From: Actinomycetes bacterium | GTDB lineage: Bacteria > Actinomycetota > Thermoleophilia > Gaiellales > Gaiellaceae | DNA: 33,198 nucleotides | Reading direction: 5' to 3' | Assembly: GCA_030624785.1 (NCBI GenBank) | Contig: JAUXJK010000001.1 | Location: 1-33,198 of the forward strand | Shown: positions 20,537 through 28,696 of the stretch, piece after piece | How positions within the stretch are numbered: position 1 is the first letter of the stretch | Layout: every line of letters starts with the position of its first letter | Made by a program: the position numbers and the translations under genes | Notes under the pieces: generated by a model | Told to the model about the DNA's origin: nothing | Databases searched by the model: none | What the model saw: only the letters and a program-made list of their open reading frames with translations

Positions 20537-21637
20537 CTAGTGCGGCGACCAGTCGATTCGCTCGACGTAGGCCTTGTGGGCGGCAACGAAGTCGCCGATC
20601 GAGTCGCCCCCGAATTTGTCGCGCGCCGCGATGGCAACTTCGAATGCAACGGCTGCCTCGGCCACCACGGCAAGCGCTTCGACTGCTGACACGTCGCTGC
20701 GCTCAACAAGAGCATTGCCCGGTTCCTTGGTCTCGAGGTCGACTGATCTCAGCGGTCGCATCAGCGTCGGCAGGGGCTTCATTGAGCACCGTACGATGAC
20801 GGGCTCACCATTCGTAATGCCGGCTTCGAGCCCGCCTGCGCGATTGGACTCGCGATAAAAGCCATCATCGTTGCGAAAGATCTCGTCGTGGGCAGTTGAA
20901 CCGGGCGCCGAGGCAAGATCAAGGCCGTCCCCGACCTCGACGGCCTTGACGGCCTGAGTCGCGAGCAACGTCCACGCAAGTTTCCCATCGAGCCGGTCGA
21001 CCTTCGTCGCGTACGAACCCAGCCCCGGAGGGAGCCCAGTGACGGTGACCTCGATCGTCCCGCCCAGTGTGTCTCGGGCCGCGCGAGCGTCGTCGATCGC
21101 AGCGCGAATCGCGTCTTCTCCCTCGGCTCCACCGACCGCCACGACACTGCTCTCGACTCGCGCTCCTATCGCGTCGAGTAGCGCCTTCGCAACTCCACCG
21201 GCAGCGACGTTCGCGGCTGTATGCCGAGCGCTCGCGCGCTCCAGAGCGTTGCGCACGTCGCCAAGCTCGTACTTCATCACGCCGGCAAGATCCGCATGAC
21301 CGGGTCGCGGCAGGGTCACCGGCTTCGTACCCTTGCCGTGCTGCTCTCCCTCCGGAGGCCACGGATTCATTCCCCATGTCCAGTTCTTGTGATCGCGATT
21401 GGTTACGAGAAGGGTCAAGGGCGTGCCCAAGGTGCGTCCCTGGCGAAGCCCAGTGAGAACCTCGACCTTGTCGCTCTCGAGCTTCTGACGCGGCGAGCGC
21501 CCATAGCCTTGCTGGCGCCGCCAGAGGTCTTCGTCGATGCTGGCTCGATCAAGCTCAAGGCCCGCGGGTAGACCTGTGATCAGGGCGATTAGGGCGGGTC
21601 CATGAGACTCGCCTGCGGTTGTCAGCTCGAGAGGCAC
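20537..21637 (-). CDS. aroC: Chorismate synthase
   Basis: Motifs TAGESHGPAL, LPRPGHADL and SAR.TAA. 366 aa. GTG start. Confidence 0.95.
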   Translation of the reverse strand: MPLELTTAGESHGPALIALITGLPAGLELDRASIDEDLWRRQQGYGRSPRQKLESDKVEVLTGLRQGRTLGTPLTLLVTNRDHKNWTWGMNPWPPEGEQHGKGTKPVTLPRPGHADLAGVMKYELGDVRNALERASARHTAANVAAGGVAKALLDAIGARVESSVVAVGGAEGEDAIRAAIDDARAARDTLGGTIEVTVTGLPPGLGSYATKVDRLDGKLAWTLLATQAVKAVEVGDGLDLASAPGSTAHDEIFRNDDGFYRESNRAGGLEAGITNGEPVIVRCSMKPLPTLMRPLRSVDLETKEPGNALVERSDVSAVEALAVVAEAAVAFEVAIAARDKFGGDSIGDFVAAHKAYVERIDWSPH

Positions 21638-21643
21638 GGCTGA

Positions 21644-21649
21644 ACAGTA
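21644..21649 (-). promoter_or_regulatory. Candidate -10 hexamer TACTGT, 6 nt upstream of the aroC GTG
   Basis: The minus strand reads TACTGT-TCAGCC-GTG, within the 21-nt aroE-aroC spacer. Confidence 0.35.
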
Positions 21650-21658
21650 GCGGCGGCC

Positions 21659-22507
21659 TCAGCCGCCATCCGATTCGATGCGCTGCCCACCTACTGCTGC
21701 ACGCATGGCTTCGATCGGTGCAGGTCGGCCGGTCCAACGCTCGAACGACGCCGCGCCCTGGCGAACCAGAAACTCGAATCCATCAACGACGCGCGAGCAC
21801 CCGGCGGCGCGCGCCGCAGCGACCAGCGCCGTCGGTTTTCCGTCGGTTCGATACGCGAGATCCACGAGTTGTTGCTCGCGAGAAAGGCCAACGATCACGT
21901 CGTCCTTGATCGGAGTGGCGTTGACGACTACGTCTGCCTGAACTGTAGGCGGCCACTCCGCGTCGGCCACTATCTCGCAATCCGTGTCCAGTTTGGACAG
22001 CTCGCCGGCTAGCTGCTTTGCCGCCTCGCCTCTACGGGCCGCAAGCACAACCCTGGCCGCCCCGGCATCGGCGAGCGCAACGACGACGGGCCGACTCGCG
22101 CCGCCGGCGCCCAGCACGAGGCAGTGCGCCGAGTCGACCTGCAGGCCACCAGCGACACCCTCCCCGTCGGTGCTCGTTGCGACGATCGCTCCATCGTTCA
22201 CGATCAGTGTGTTGGCCGAGCCGCTTCGCTGCGCGGCCGGCTCGACGATATCGCAGTACTCGAGCACCGCGCTCTTGTGCGGGATCGTGACGTTTGCGCC
22301 GGCAAAGCCGAGAGCTCGCAAGCCCTCGATCGCGGCACCGACGCGGGCCTCCTCAACCGGAAGCGGGACATACGCCCAGTCAAGCGCGAGCTCGGCAAAC
22401 GCTGCGTTTTGCATTCTCGGAGAGAGTGAGTGGCCGACAGGCGAGCCGATGATTCCAACGAGTCGCGTCGTCCCACTAATGCTCTTCGGCGTCTCGGCTA
22501 GCCGCAC
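21659..22507 (-). CDS. aroE: Shikimate dehydrogenase
   Basis: Motifs LVGIIGSPVGHSLSPRMQNAAF, NVTIPHK and LVLGAGGASR. 282 aa. The GTG start overlaps the mltG end by 10 nt. Confidence 0.92.
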   Translation of the reverse strand: MRLAETPKSISGTTRLVGIIGSPVGHSLSPRMQNAAFAELALDWAYVPLPVEEARVGAAIEGLRALGFAGANVTIPHKSAVLEYCDIVEPAAQRSGSANTLIVNDGAIVATSTDGEGVAGGLQVDSAHCLVLGAGGASRPVVVALADAGAARVVLAARRGEAAKQLAGELSKLDTDCEIVADAEWPPTVQADVVVNATPIKDDVIVGLSREQQLVDLAYRTDGKPTALVAAARAAGCSRVVDGFEFLVRQGAASFERWTGRPAPIEAMRAAVGGQRIESDGG

Positions 22508-23478
22508 TTGTCAGGCCCGTTGCGAAACGAATTGGGTCCGGCGAGGAACGCGTCGAATTCGGCCTGAGTCTTGGCAAAGAAGTGGGTCTTGCAATCCTTC
22601 GTTCTTGCGTAGTACAGGAACTCGTTGTTGCCCGGCCGCGCAGCCGCTTGCATCGATGCGAGGCCCGGGTTCGAGATAGGCGTCGGCGGTAGACCTACGA
22701 GAAGGCGCGTGTTGTATGGATTGTCGCTCTCTAGCTGAGATTGCTTGATCGCGCGATCCGGTGGAATGCGCAGGCCGTAGCGCAACGTGGAGTCGATACC
22801 GAGCGGCATCTCGCGCTGGAGCCGGTTGTAGATAACGCGGGCGACCTTCTTTCGCTCCTGCGGCTCGGCGACCTCCTCTTCGATCATGGAGGCGACGATC
22901 AGAACCTCGTAGGGCGAGAGGCCGCGTTGAGTCGGGACCTCAAGATTCAGCTGATCCCAGGCGAGTTCGAACTGTTCAAGCTGCTGACGTACGAGCCCGG
23001 TGGTCGTCGTTTCCTCCAGAAAGTCATATGTGGCTGGAAAGAGAAAACCCTCGAGATGTTTTGGCTTCTCGCCGGCAGCGAGAAAATCTTGCGGGATCAA
23101 CGCCTCGTTCTTGGCCAGCTCAGTGAACTCCTCACCTGACAACGCCGGCGTGACCTGTCGCTCATCGATCGCAATCTGCCGCACTGTATCGACACGCTCG
23201 CTCATCTCCCGCCAGGTGAATCCCTCCGGAAAGACGATCTTCAAAGGTTCGACGGCGACGGCAATCGTCCCTGCCGGAGTTGGCTCAATCGGGAGAGCGG
23301 CGGCACCGTCATCGCTATTGCGTGCCGCACTGACCAGGAGACCGATGGCGACGGCACCAGCTGCCAGCCCGACAAGAACGGCAATGGGCAAAGCCAGGCC
23401 GGAGCGCCGCCTCGGCGGAAGCTCTTCGGGATCGTCCTCATCGCGAGGAACTGCTAGACGTCTCGGTCGTTTTTCCAT
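22498..23478 (-). CDS. mltG: Endolytic murein transglycosylase MltG (YceG-like)
   Basis: N-terminal TM anchor LALPIAVLVGLAAGAVAIGLLV. YceG motifs ASMIEEE and YNTRLLVGLPPTPISNPG. 326 aa. Confidence 0.92.
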   Translation of the reverse strand: MEKRPRRLAVPRDEDDPEELPPRRRSGLALPIAVLVGLAAGAVAIGLLVSAARNSDDGAAALPIEPTPAGTIAVAVEPLKIVFPEGFTWREMSERVDTVRQIAIDERQVTPALSGEEFTELAKNEALIPQDFLAAGEKPKHLEGFLFPATYDFLEETTTTGLVRQQLEQFELAWDQLNLEVPTQRGLSPYEVLIVASMIEEEVAEPQERKKVARVIYNRLQREMPLGIDSTLRYGLRIPPDRAIKQSQLESDNPYNTRLLVGLPPTPISNPGLASMQAAARPGNNEFLYYARTKDCKTHFFAKTQAEFDAFLAGPNSFRNGPDKCG

Positions 23479-23885
23479 CGCAAATAGTCAGTCAATAGCT
23501 GCGCTGCGGCCACAGCGTCGTCTGGTGTCCTCTCCGCATTGCGCTTCCGTCGAGACGGCGCGCGCGCGGCGAGCTTGGTGGTGAACCGCTCGTCGAACGT
23601 GGTGACATTCAGGTCGGTTCCGGCTCCAAGCGTCCTGACGAACTGGTCCGTCACCTGCGCCTGCTCACCACGTTCGCCACGAAGCGTGTACGGCATGCCG
23701 ACAACGATCTCCGAGACCTGTTCCTTCACGGCAACTTCGAGAACTCGATCGCGCACATCGCCGCAGTTCGTCGCGTGCACGACCTCAAGGGGGCGGGCAA
23801 GGATCCCGGTGGAATCAGAAACGGCAAGCCCTGTTCGTGCTTGGCCGTAGTCGACTGCAAGCACCTTTTCCCCCGAGCCGGCCAT
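23454..23885 (-). CDS. ruvX: Holliday junction resolvase-like nuclease RuvX (YqgF)
   Basis: The VLAVDYGQARTGLAVSD N-terminal motif starts just after ATG 23885. That gives 143 aa, typical for the family. The 109-aa Arg/Ser-rich track extension is rejected. Confidence 0.92.
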   Translation of the reverse strand: MAGSGEKVLAVDYGQARTGLAVSDSTGILARPLEVVHATNCGDVRDRVLEVAVKEQVSEIVVGMPYTLRGERGEQAQVTDQFVRTLGAGTDLNVTTFDERFTTKLAARAPSRRKRNAERTPDDAVAAAQLLTDYLRWKNDRDV

Positions 23886-23894
23886 TGTCGAACG

Positions 23895-23900
23895 ATTGTA
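23895..23900 (-). promoter_or_regulatory. Candidate -10 hexamer TACAAT, 9 nt upstream of the ruvX ATG
   Basis: The minus strand reads TACAAT-CGTTCGACA-ATG, in the 119-nt divergent spacer shared with the plus-strand gene. Confidence 0.4.
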
Positions 23901-24004
23901 ACGACGCGGTACCGCGGACCGACCCGACGCACTGTTGGCACAGACACGCGCGCCTCGACCGACGACGCTGGGCCAACGAACACTCTCGACCTGTAGGAGG
24001 CCCA

Positions 24005-25369
24005 ATGACTGTCCCGAGTCCGCTCCGTACCGCGATCTGGCTGAAGATTGCGATCGGGCTCCTTGTACTTCCTCTGACCGTTGCCTGGCTTGCGTTGGCC
24101 GGCTCGAGGGCGAATGCGGCGAGCACCGATCTCTACTTCTCCGAGTACGTCGAGGGTACGAGCACGAACAAGGCGCTCGAGTTGTACAACGGCACGGCCG
24201 GCGCAATCTCACTCGATGGCGTGTACAAGGTTCAGATTTTTGCGAACGGAAGCGTAAACGCTACCGCGACGATTCCTCTCGTCGGCTCGATTGGAGCGAG
24301 CAAATCGTTCGTTCTCGCTCGTGCTGGAGCGGACGCAGATCTACTGGCACGTGCCAACCAAACCACTTCGAACTTCCTCTTCAACGGCAACGATGCGATC
24401 GTGCTCGTTCGAGACGGGGTCGCGCTTGACGTGATCGGCCAGATCGGCACCGATCCGGGCACGGCATGGGAGGGCGGCGGAGTTCGAACGCTCGACCAGA
24501 CGTTGCGCCGCCGTGGTGAGATCGTGGGCGGCGACGCCGACGGCTCTGACGTGTTCGATCCGTTCACAGAATGGGAGACGTTTCCCATCGATACATTCGA
24601 CGGGCTTGGTCTTCACAGTCCTGACGACCTGCCGAATGGCGCGCCGATCGCATCGCCCGACACATCACACGCGAGTGGCGCAGCCGTCCGCATCGATCCG
24701 CTCGCCAACGACCGCGATCCAGATGGCGACCCACTTACTATCGTGAGTGTATCCCCGCCCACTCTGGGCACCGCGACGATTGTAGATGGCGGTCTGGCAA
24801 TCGAGTACACGCCGCCTCCGCAGGCGTGGACGCACGATACGTTCCTGTACGAGATCAGCGATCCCGCTGGCGCATCCGCGACCGCACCCATAGAGATTCT
24901 GTTTCGAGGCGAGCCTGAAGAGACCGACCCATGTTCCCTACCGCCGACGCTGGTGGGTACCAGTGGGCGCGACCTGCTCGTCGGAACGCCGAGCGCTGAC
25001 GTGATTCACGCGGGCTCGGGTAACGACCTCGTGTTGGGACTCGGTGGCGACGACGTGCTCTGCGGAGGCCCCGGCGTTGACATTCTCCTCGGTGGCGAAG
25101 GTGACGACATCATCATCGATATGGCTGGCAGGACACTGGTCTTCGCCGGGCGCGGAGACGATCAGGTCACGACGGGTGATGCGGCAGATCGCGTATGGGC
25201 TGGTGCCGGCGACGACGTGGTCAAGACGGGCGCCGGACGAGATCGTGTGCACGGTGGACGAGGCGCTGACACACTCGACCCTGGGCCAGATCGAGACCTC
25301 GTGGATGGTGGACCAGGAATCGACGCGTGCGCGACCGAACGCCACGACTGGGCCCGACGGTGTCCGTGA
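24005..25369 (+). CDS. Secreted multidomain protein: signal peptide, lamin-tail-like domain (LTD), cadherin/Ig-like domain, RTX-type Ca2+-binding repeats
   Basis: AGGAGG at 23995-24000, then ATG 24005. Signal peptide MTVPSPLRTAIWLKIAIGLLVLPLTVAWLALAGSRANA/AS. DLYFSEYVEGTSTNKALELYNGT...ISLDG resembles the LTD of ExeM/NucH-type extracellular proteins. IDPLANDRDPDGDPLTIVSV is a cadherin-like motif. The C-terminus holds ~10 GGxGxD-type nonapeptides. No catalytic domain recognised. Confidence 0.85.
   Translation: MTVPSPLRTAIWLKIAIGLLVLPLTVAWLALAGSRANAASTDLYFSEYVEGTSTNKALELYNGTAGAISLDGVYKVQIFANGSVNATATIPLVGSIGASKSFVLARAGADADLLARANQTTSNFLFNGNDAIVLVRDGVALDVIGQIGTDPGTAWEGGGVRTLDQTLRRRGEIVGGDADGSDVFDPFTEWETFPIDTFDGLGLHSPDDLPNGAPIASPDTSHASGAAVRIDPLANDRDPDGDPLTIVSVSPPTLGTATIVDGGLAIEYTPPPQAWTHDTFLYEISDPAGASATAPIEILFRGEPEETDPCSLPPTLVGTSGRDLLVGTPSADVIHAGSGNDLVLGLGGDDVLCGGPGVDILLGGEGDDIIIDMAGRTLVFAGRGDDQVTTGDAADRVWAGAGDDVVKTGAGRDRVHGGRGADTLDPGPDRDLVDGGPGIDACATERHDWARRCP
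24953..25325 (+). repeat. Tandem RTX-like nonapeptide-coding repeats (GxxGxDxhx) inside the secreted protein gene
   Basis: Translated run: VGTSGRDLLVGTPSADVIHAGSGNDLVLGLGGDDVLCGGPGVDILLGGEGDDIII...AGRGDDQVTTGDAADRVWAGAGDDVVKTGAGRDRVHGGRGADTLDPGPDRDLVDGGPGID. Confidence 0.7.
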
Positions 25370-25414
25370 GACACCTCGGCGCGATCCCGATGCGTCTATG
25401 AAGAATTCAGTCGG

Positions 25415-27979
25415 CTACGCAAGCGCTTCGCGCACAACGCGTTCTGCCTCGGCCAGTGCCTCGGCAAGCTTGTCGGGTTGCGCGCCACCGCCTCGAGCGA
25501 GGTTGTCGCGGCCTCCGCCTCCGCCACCGGCCACGGCACACGCGGCCCTGACCGCCTCGCCAGCATTGGCGCCTGCACCCACCGCTGCATCGGAGAGGTT
25601 GACCACAACGTTGAGCTTCCCCTCGTCGACTGCCGCAAGAACCACCACGGCGGGATCTCGTTTCTGTTTCACCTGATCAGAGAGAGCAAGCAACGCGTCC
25701 GCATCAAGCTCACCCGCACTCGAAACCACGAGGTTGAGACCGGCCAGCTCCTTGACGTCACCAAGAACCTGCTCGAGAAGTCCTGAGCTGCCGCCGCGCT
25801 GAGATGTCTTTTCCAGCTTTGCGCGCGACCGACGCTCCTCAACGAGCTCGTCACTCAGTCGAGTTGCCTCTCGCTCCTTCTCGAAGAAGTACGCACCCGC
25901 TGCGCCCGAGCTAATCGCTTCAATGCGCCGGGTTGCAGCGCCTGTGGAACTCTCGGAGAGGATCTTGAAAGGTCCAATCTCCGCGCTCGACCGAACATGG
26001 GCTCCGCCGCACAGTTCCGCCGACACGCTTCCTACTTCCACCACCCGCACGATCTCGCCGTACTTCTCGCCGAATAGCATGGTCGCACCAAGCTTCTTCG
26101 CCTCATCGATAGGCGTTTCGAACGTTCGAACTGGCAGGTTGTCGAAGATCCACTCGTTGACCAACCTTTCCACTTTTTCACGTTCGTCTCGCGTCAACTG
26201 CGTGCCGTATGTGAAGTCGAAGCGCAGCTTGTCCGGGCGGACGGATGAGCCGGCCTGCGCGACCTGATCTCCGAGCACCTCTCGAAGAGCAGCGTGCAGC
26301 AAATGTGTCGCAGTGTGATTCGCTTGGGTGGGAAATCGCACGCTCCAGGGCACGGCAGCCTTGACGCGATCTCCTGCGGCAAATCCAGTTCCCTGGAACA
26401 GCAACGCTTGGTCATCCCCAAGACGAAACGCCGCGACAAGTTCGGCTCGCCCACCGGTTTCGTTCTCCATCCACCCGGTGTCACTGATCTGCCCGCCACC
26501 ATCGGGATAGAACGGCGACTCTCGAAGCTTCCCGAGGAACAGTCCGTCTTCGATCTCTCGATGCGCGCCCAGCTGGGTCAAGACCTCCAGCTTCTCGTAG
26601 CCGACAAAATCGGTCGGGAAGCCCGCCTCAAGCGCGAATCCGGCCGCCTGATCGGCCTCGTCAGCCCGGCCGGCTCGCGAGCGCGTCCGTTGTTCGCCCA
26701 TCAGCCTTGCGAAGGCGTCGTCGTCGACCGCCAACCCTCGCTCGCGCGCAAGCTCGCGGGTGAGCTCCAGGGGAAAACCATGCGTGTCATGAAGCTTGAA
26801 CGCATCATCGCCAGAAACGCCGTCAGGACTTCGCTCGAGTACATCCTCGAACAGCTTCATGCCGGTCCTGAGCGTGCGTGCAAAACGCTGCTCTTCTTCC
26901 GCCAGGACGGTCTGAATCTGCCCTGCGTTCTCTACGAGATCCTTGTATTGCTGCCCCATCAGCTCGATCACCACGGAGGAAAGATTGGCGACGAATGGTG
27001 GCTCCAGGCCAAGTCGCGTTCCGTGCTGGATTGCCCGCCGCACGATCCGCCGCAGAACGTAGCCTCGGCCCTCGTTCGACGGGACAACGCCATCGCTCGT
27101 CAGAAACGTCATGGCCCGACCATGATCGGCGAGGACACGATGAGCCTTGGTCGCGTCGTCGGCATTTGCGTAGGGAACGCCCGTTTCCTCCGCAACCCAG
27201 CCAATAATCGACTGGAAACCGTCGGTGTCGTAGATCGATCCGACCTCCTGCAGAATCGACGCGCCTCGCTCCAGACCGAGCCCGGTGTCGATGTTCCGTG
27301 ACGGAAGCGGCGTCAACGTCCCGTCACCATGGAGGTTGTATTCCATGAACACGAGATTCCAGAACTCCAGGTAGCGGTCGCAGTCGCAGCCGGGCCCGCA
27401 TGTCGTCTTGTCGCATCCGAGTTCCGGCCCGAGATCGAGATACAGCTCCGAGCACGGCCCGCACGGCCCGATCGGTCCGGCCTGCCAGAAGTTGTCGCTA
27501 CGAGGCAGTCCGCGGATTCTGTCGACAGGCACGCCGACGCGCTGCCAGTGCTCGATTGCCACCTCATCTTCGCCGAGTCGCAACTCGGGATCGCCCGCAA
27601 AAACCGTCGCCCAGAGCCGTTCGGGTGGCAGCTTCATCTGCTCGGTCACGAACTCCCAGGCGAGCTCGATCGCACCCTCCTTGAAGTACTCGCCGAGTGA
27701 AAAGTTGCCGAGCATCTCGAAGAAGGTGAGGTGCCTTGCCGTGAGCCCAACCGAGTCAATGTCCGTCGTGCGAAAACACTTCTGGGAGGCCGTCAACCGC
27801 GTATTGGGCGGAGTCTCCGCACCAAGAAAATAGGGCTTGAGCGGCTGCATGCCAGCCGTGGTGAGGAGAACCGTTGGATCATGCGTAGCCGGCACGAGAG
27901 ACGCAGAGGCGAGCCGGGAGTGACCGTGGCCTTCAAAGAACGAGAGGAAGCCTTCTCGCAGTTCGTCTGTCGTCTTCAT
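25415..27979 (-). CDS. alaS: Alanine--tRNA ligase
   Basis: Motifs FFEMLGNFS and WNLVFMEYN. Editing-domain HTATHLLH. C-terminal DHHA1-like tail with GGGGGRD. 854 aa. Confidence 0.97.
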   Translation of the reverse strand: MKTTDELREGFLSFFEGHGHSRLASASLVPATHDPTVLLTTAGMQPLKPYFLGAETPPNTRLTASQKCFRTTDIDSVGLTARHLTFFEMLGNFSLGEYFKEGAIELAWEFVTEQMKLPPERLWATVFAGDPELRLGEDEVAIEHWQRVGVPVDRIRGLPRSDNFWQAGPIGPCGPCSELYLDLGPELGCDKTTCGPGCDCDRYLEFWNLVFMEYNLHGDGTLTPLPSRNIDTGLGLERGASILQEVGSIYDTDGFQSIIGWVAEETGVPYANADDATKAHRVLADHGRAMTFLTSDGVVPSNEGRGYVLRRIVRRAIQHGTRLGLEPPFVANLSSVVIELMGQQYKDLVENAGQIQTVLAEEEQRFARTLRTGMKLFEDVLERSPDGVSGDDAFKLHDTHGFPLELTRELARERGLAVDDDAFARLMGEQRTRSRAGRADEADQAAGFALEAGFPTDFVGYEKLEVLTQLGAHREIEDGLFLGKLRESPFYPDGGGQISDTGWMENETGGRAELVAAFRLGDDQALLFQGTGFAAGDRVKAAVPWSVRFPTQANHTATHLLHAALREVLGDQVAQAGSSVRPDKLRFDFTYGTQLTRDEREKVERLVNEWIFDNLPVRTFETPIDEAKKLGATMLFGEKYGEIVRVVEVGSVSAELCGGAHVRSSAEIGPFKILSESSTGAATRRIEAISSGAAGAYFFEKEREATRLSDELVEERRSRAKLEKTSQRGGSSGLLEQVLGDVKELAGLNLVVSSAGELDADALLALSDQVKQKRDPAVVVLAAVDEGKLNVVVNLSDAAVGAGANAGEAVRAACAVAGGGGGGRDNLARGGGAQPDKLAEALAEAERVVREALA

Positions 27980-27986
27980 GGTGGAG

Positions 27987-27992
27987 ATTCTA
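27987..27992 (-). promoter_or_regulatory. Candidate -10 hexamer TAGAAT, 7 nt upstream of the alaS ATG
   Basis: The minus strand reads CTAGAAT-CTCCACC-ATG. No Shine-Dalgarno sequence. Confidence 0.45.
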
Positions 27993-28020
27993 GGGTCCGG
28001 CCAGAGCCGGTCCGGCGGTG

Positions 28021-28638
28021 CTAGCTCTCGCGATCGACTGTGCCGCGATCTGCGGAATGCGAGCTCGGACTCGGGGTCTCCCCCGACTCAGGTGCGGCGC
28101 CAGGCGTTGCCGGCCCGTCGGTATGTCCCATCCACGAAACGTCTGGCGCCAATGTCGAGCCGGGTCCAGCAGTGCTTGCACGAGGTTCCGACTCGGATAG
28201 ATCCACGGCTATGTCGGATGATCGACGCTTGGCTGCCGCCAGGCCGGCCTCGTAGGCGCGGGAGACGTCCTGTTCGGCGCGCAACGAGGCAGAGCCGTGG
28301 CGCACTCCCGTTGTGAACGAGGAAAGTTTGCGAACCGGCCAGGACACAACGCCAGCGACCGTGCGCACGCTGCTATCGACGGCAGATACTGCGTCGACAG
28401 CGCTCGTCGTGACGACGTCGGCCTTGTCGAGTTGTTCGTTCATGCGCTCGACCGTCCCATTGACCTCTTCGATCAGAGGTAGCGCCTTCTCCTCCACTCC
28501 TCCGAGGAGAGACGTCAGCCGCTGTGCGGTCGAGCCCAGACGAAAGAACATCAGCGCAAGGCTGACCCCCACGATAAGCAGGAAGATCGATAGACAGATC
28601 CAGAGAACGTCTATAGCGCTGAAATCGGCGACGGGCAT
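28021..28638 (-). CDS. DUF948-like membrane-anchored protein (helical, with a disordered Pro/Ser-rich tail)
   Basis: N-terminal TM VLWICLSIFLLIVGVSLALMFF, followed by LGSTAQRLTSLLGGVEEKALPLIEEVNGTVERMNEQLDKAD. Both the pattern and the position immediately upstream of alaS match DUF948 proteins of Gram-positive bacteria. Confidence 0.72.
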   Translation of the reverse strand: MPVADFSAIDVLWICLSIFLLIVGVSLALMFFRLGSTAQRLTSLLGGVEEKALPLIEEVNGTVERMNEQLDKADVVTTSAVDAVSAVDSSVRTVAGVVSWPVRKLSSFTTGVRHGSASLRAEQDVSRAYEAGLAAAKRRSSDIAVDLSESEPRASTAGPGSTLAPDVSWMGHTDGPATPGAAPESGETPSPSSHSADRGTVDRES

Positions 28639-28644
28639 TGCGGG

Positions 28645-28650
28645 ATTCTA
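28645..28650 (-). promoter_or_regulatory. Candidate -10 hexamer TAGAAT, 6 nt upstream of the DUF948 ATG
   Basis: The minus strand reads CTAGAAT-CCCGCA-ATG. Confidence 0.45.
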
Positions 28651-28696
28651 GATGGTGCTCTGTACGGCGCGAGCGTAAAGCCCCGCTCGCTCAGAT

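Noticed and set aside
23905-23916. A perfect 12-bp palindrome, CGCGGTACCGCG, in the ruvX/LTD divergent promoter region, 4 nt from the ruvX -10 hexamer. I considered it as a possible operator.
   Set aside because: Short GC-rich perfect palindromes are expected by chance several times in 33 kb of high-GC DNA. There is no second half-site or repeat nearby and no regulator gene adjacent.
23886-24212. 5' over-extensions in the ORF track: ruvX to 24212, pdp to 3558, aroK/B to 20715, recN to 10856, nadK to 11742, tlyA to 12365, nusB to 13829, and the LTD protein from 23837.
   Set aside because: The extensions are Arg/Ser/Pro-rich and overlap the upstream gene. They precede the point where homolog N-termini begin. 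Better starts exist, marked by stop/start overlaps, a Shine-Dalgarno sequence or a -10 hexamer.
25359-25375. A small hairpin, GGTGTC-CGTGA-GACACC, spanning the stop codon of the LTD gene. I considered it as a bidirectional terminator between the convergent LTD and alaS genes.
   Set aside because: The stem is only 6 bp with no flanking T/A tracts on either strand. That is too weak to call a terminator.
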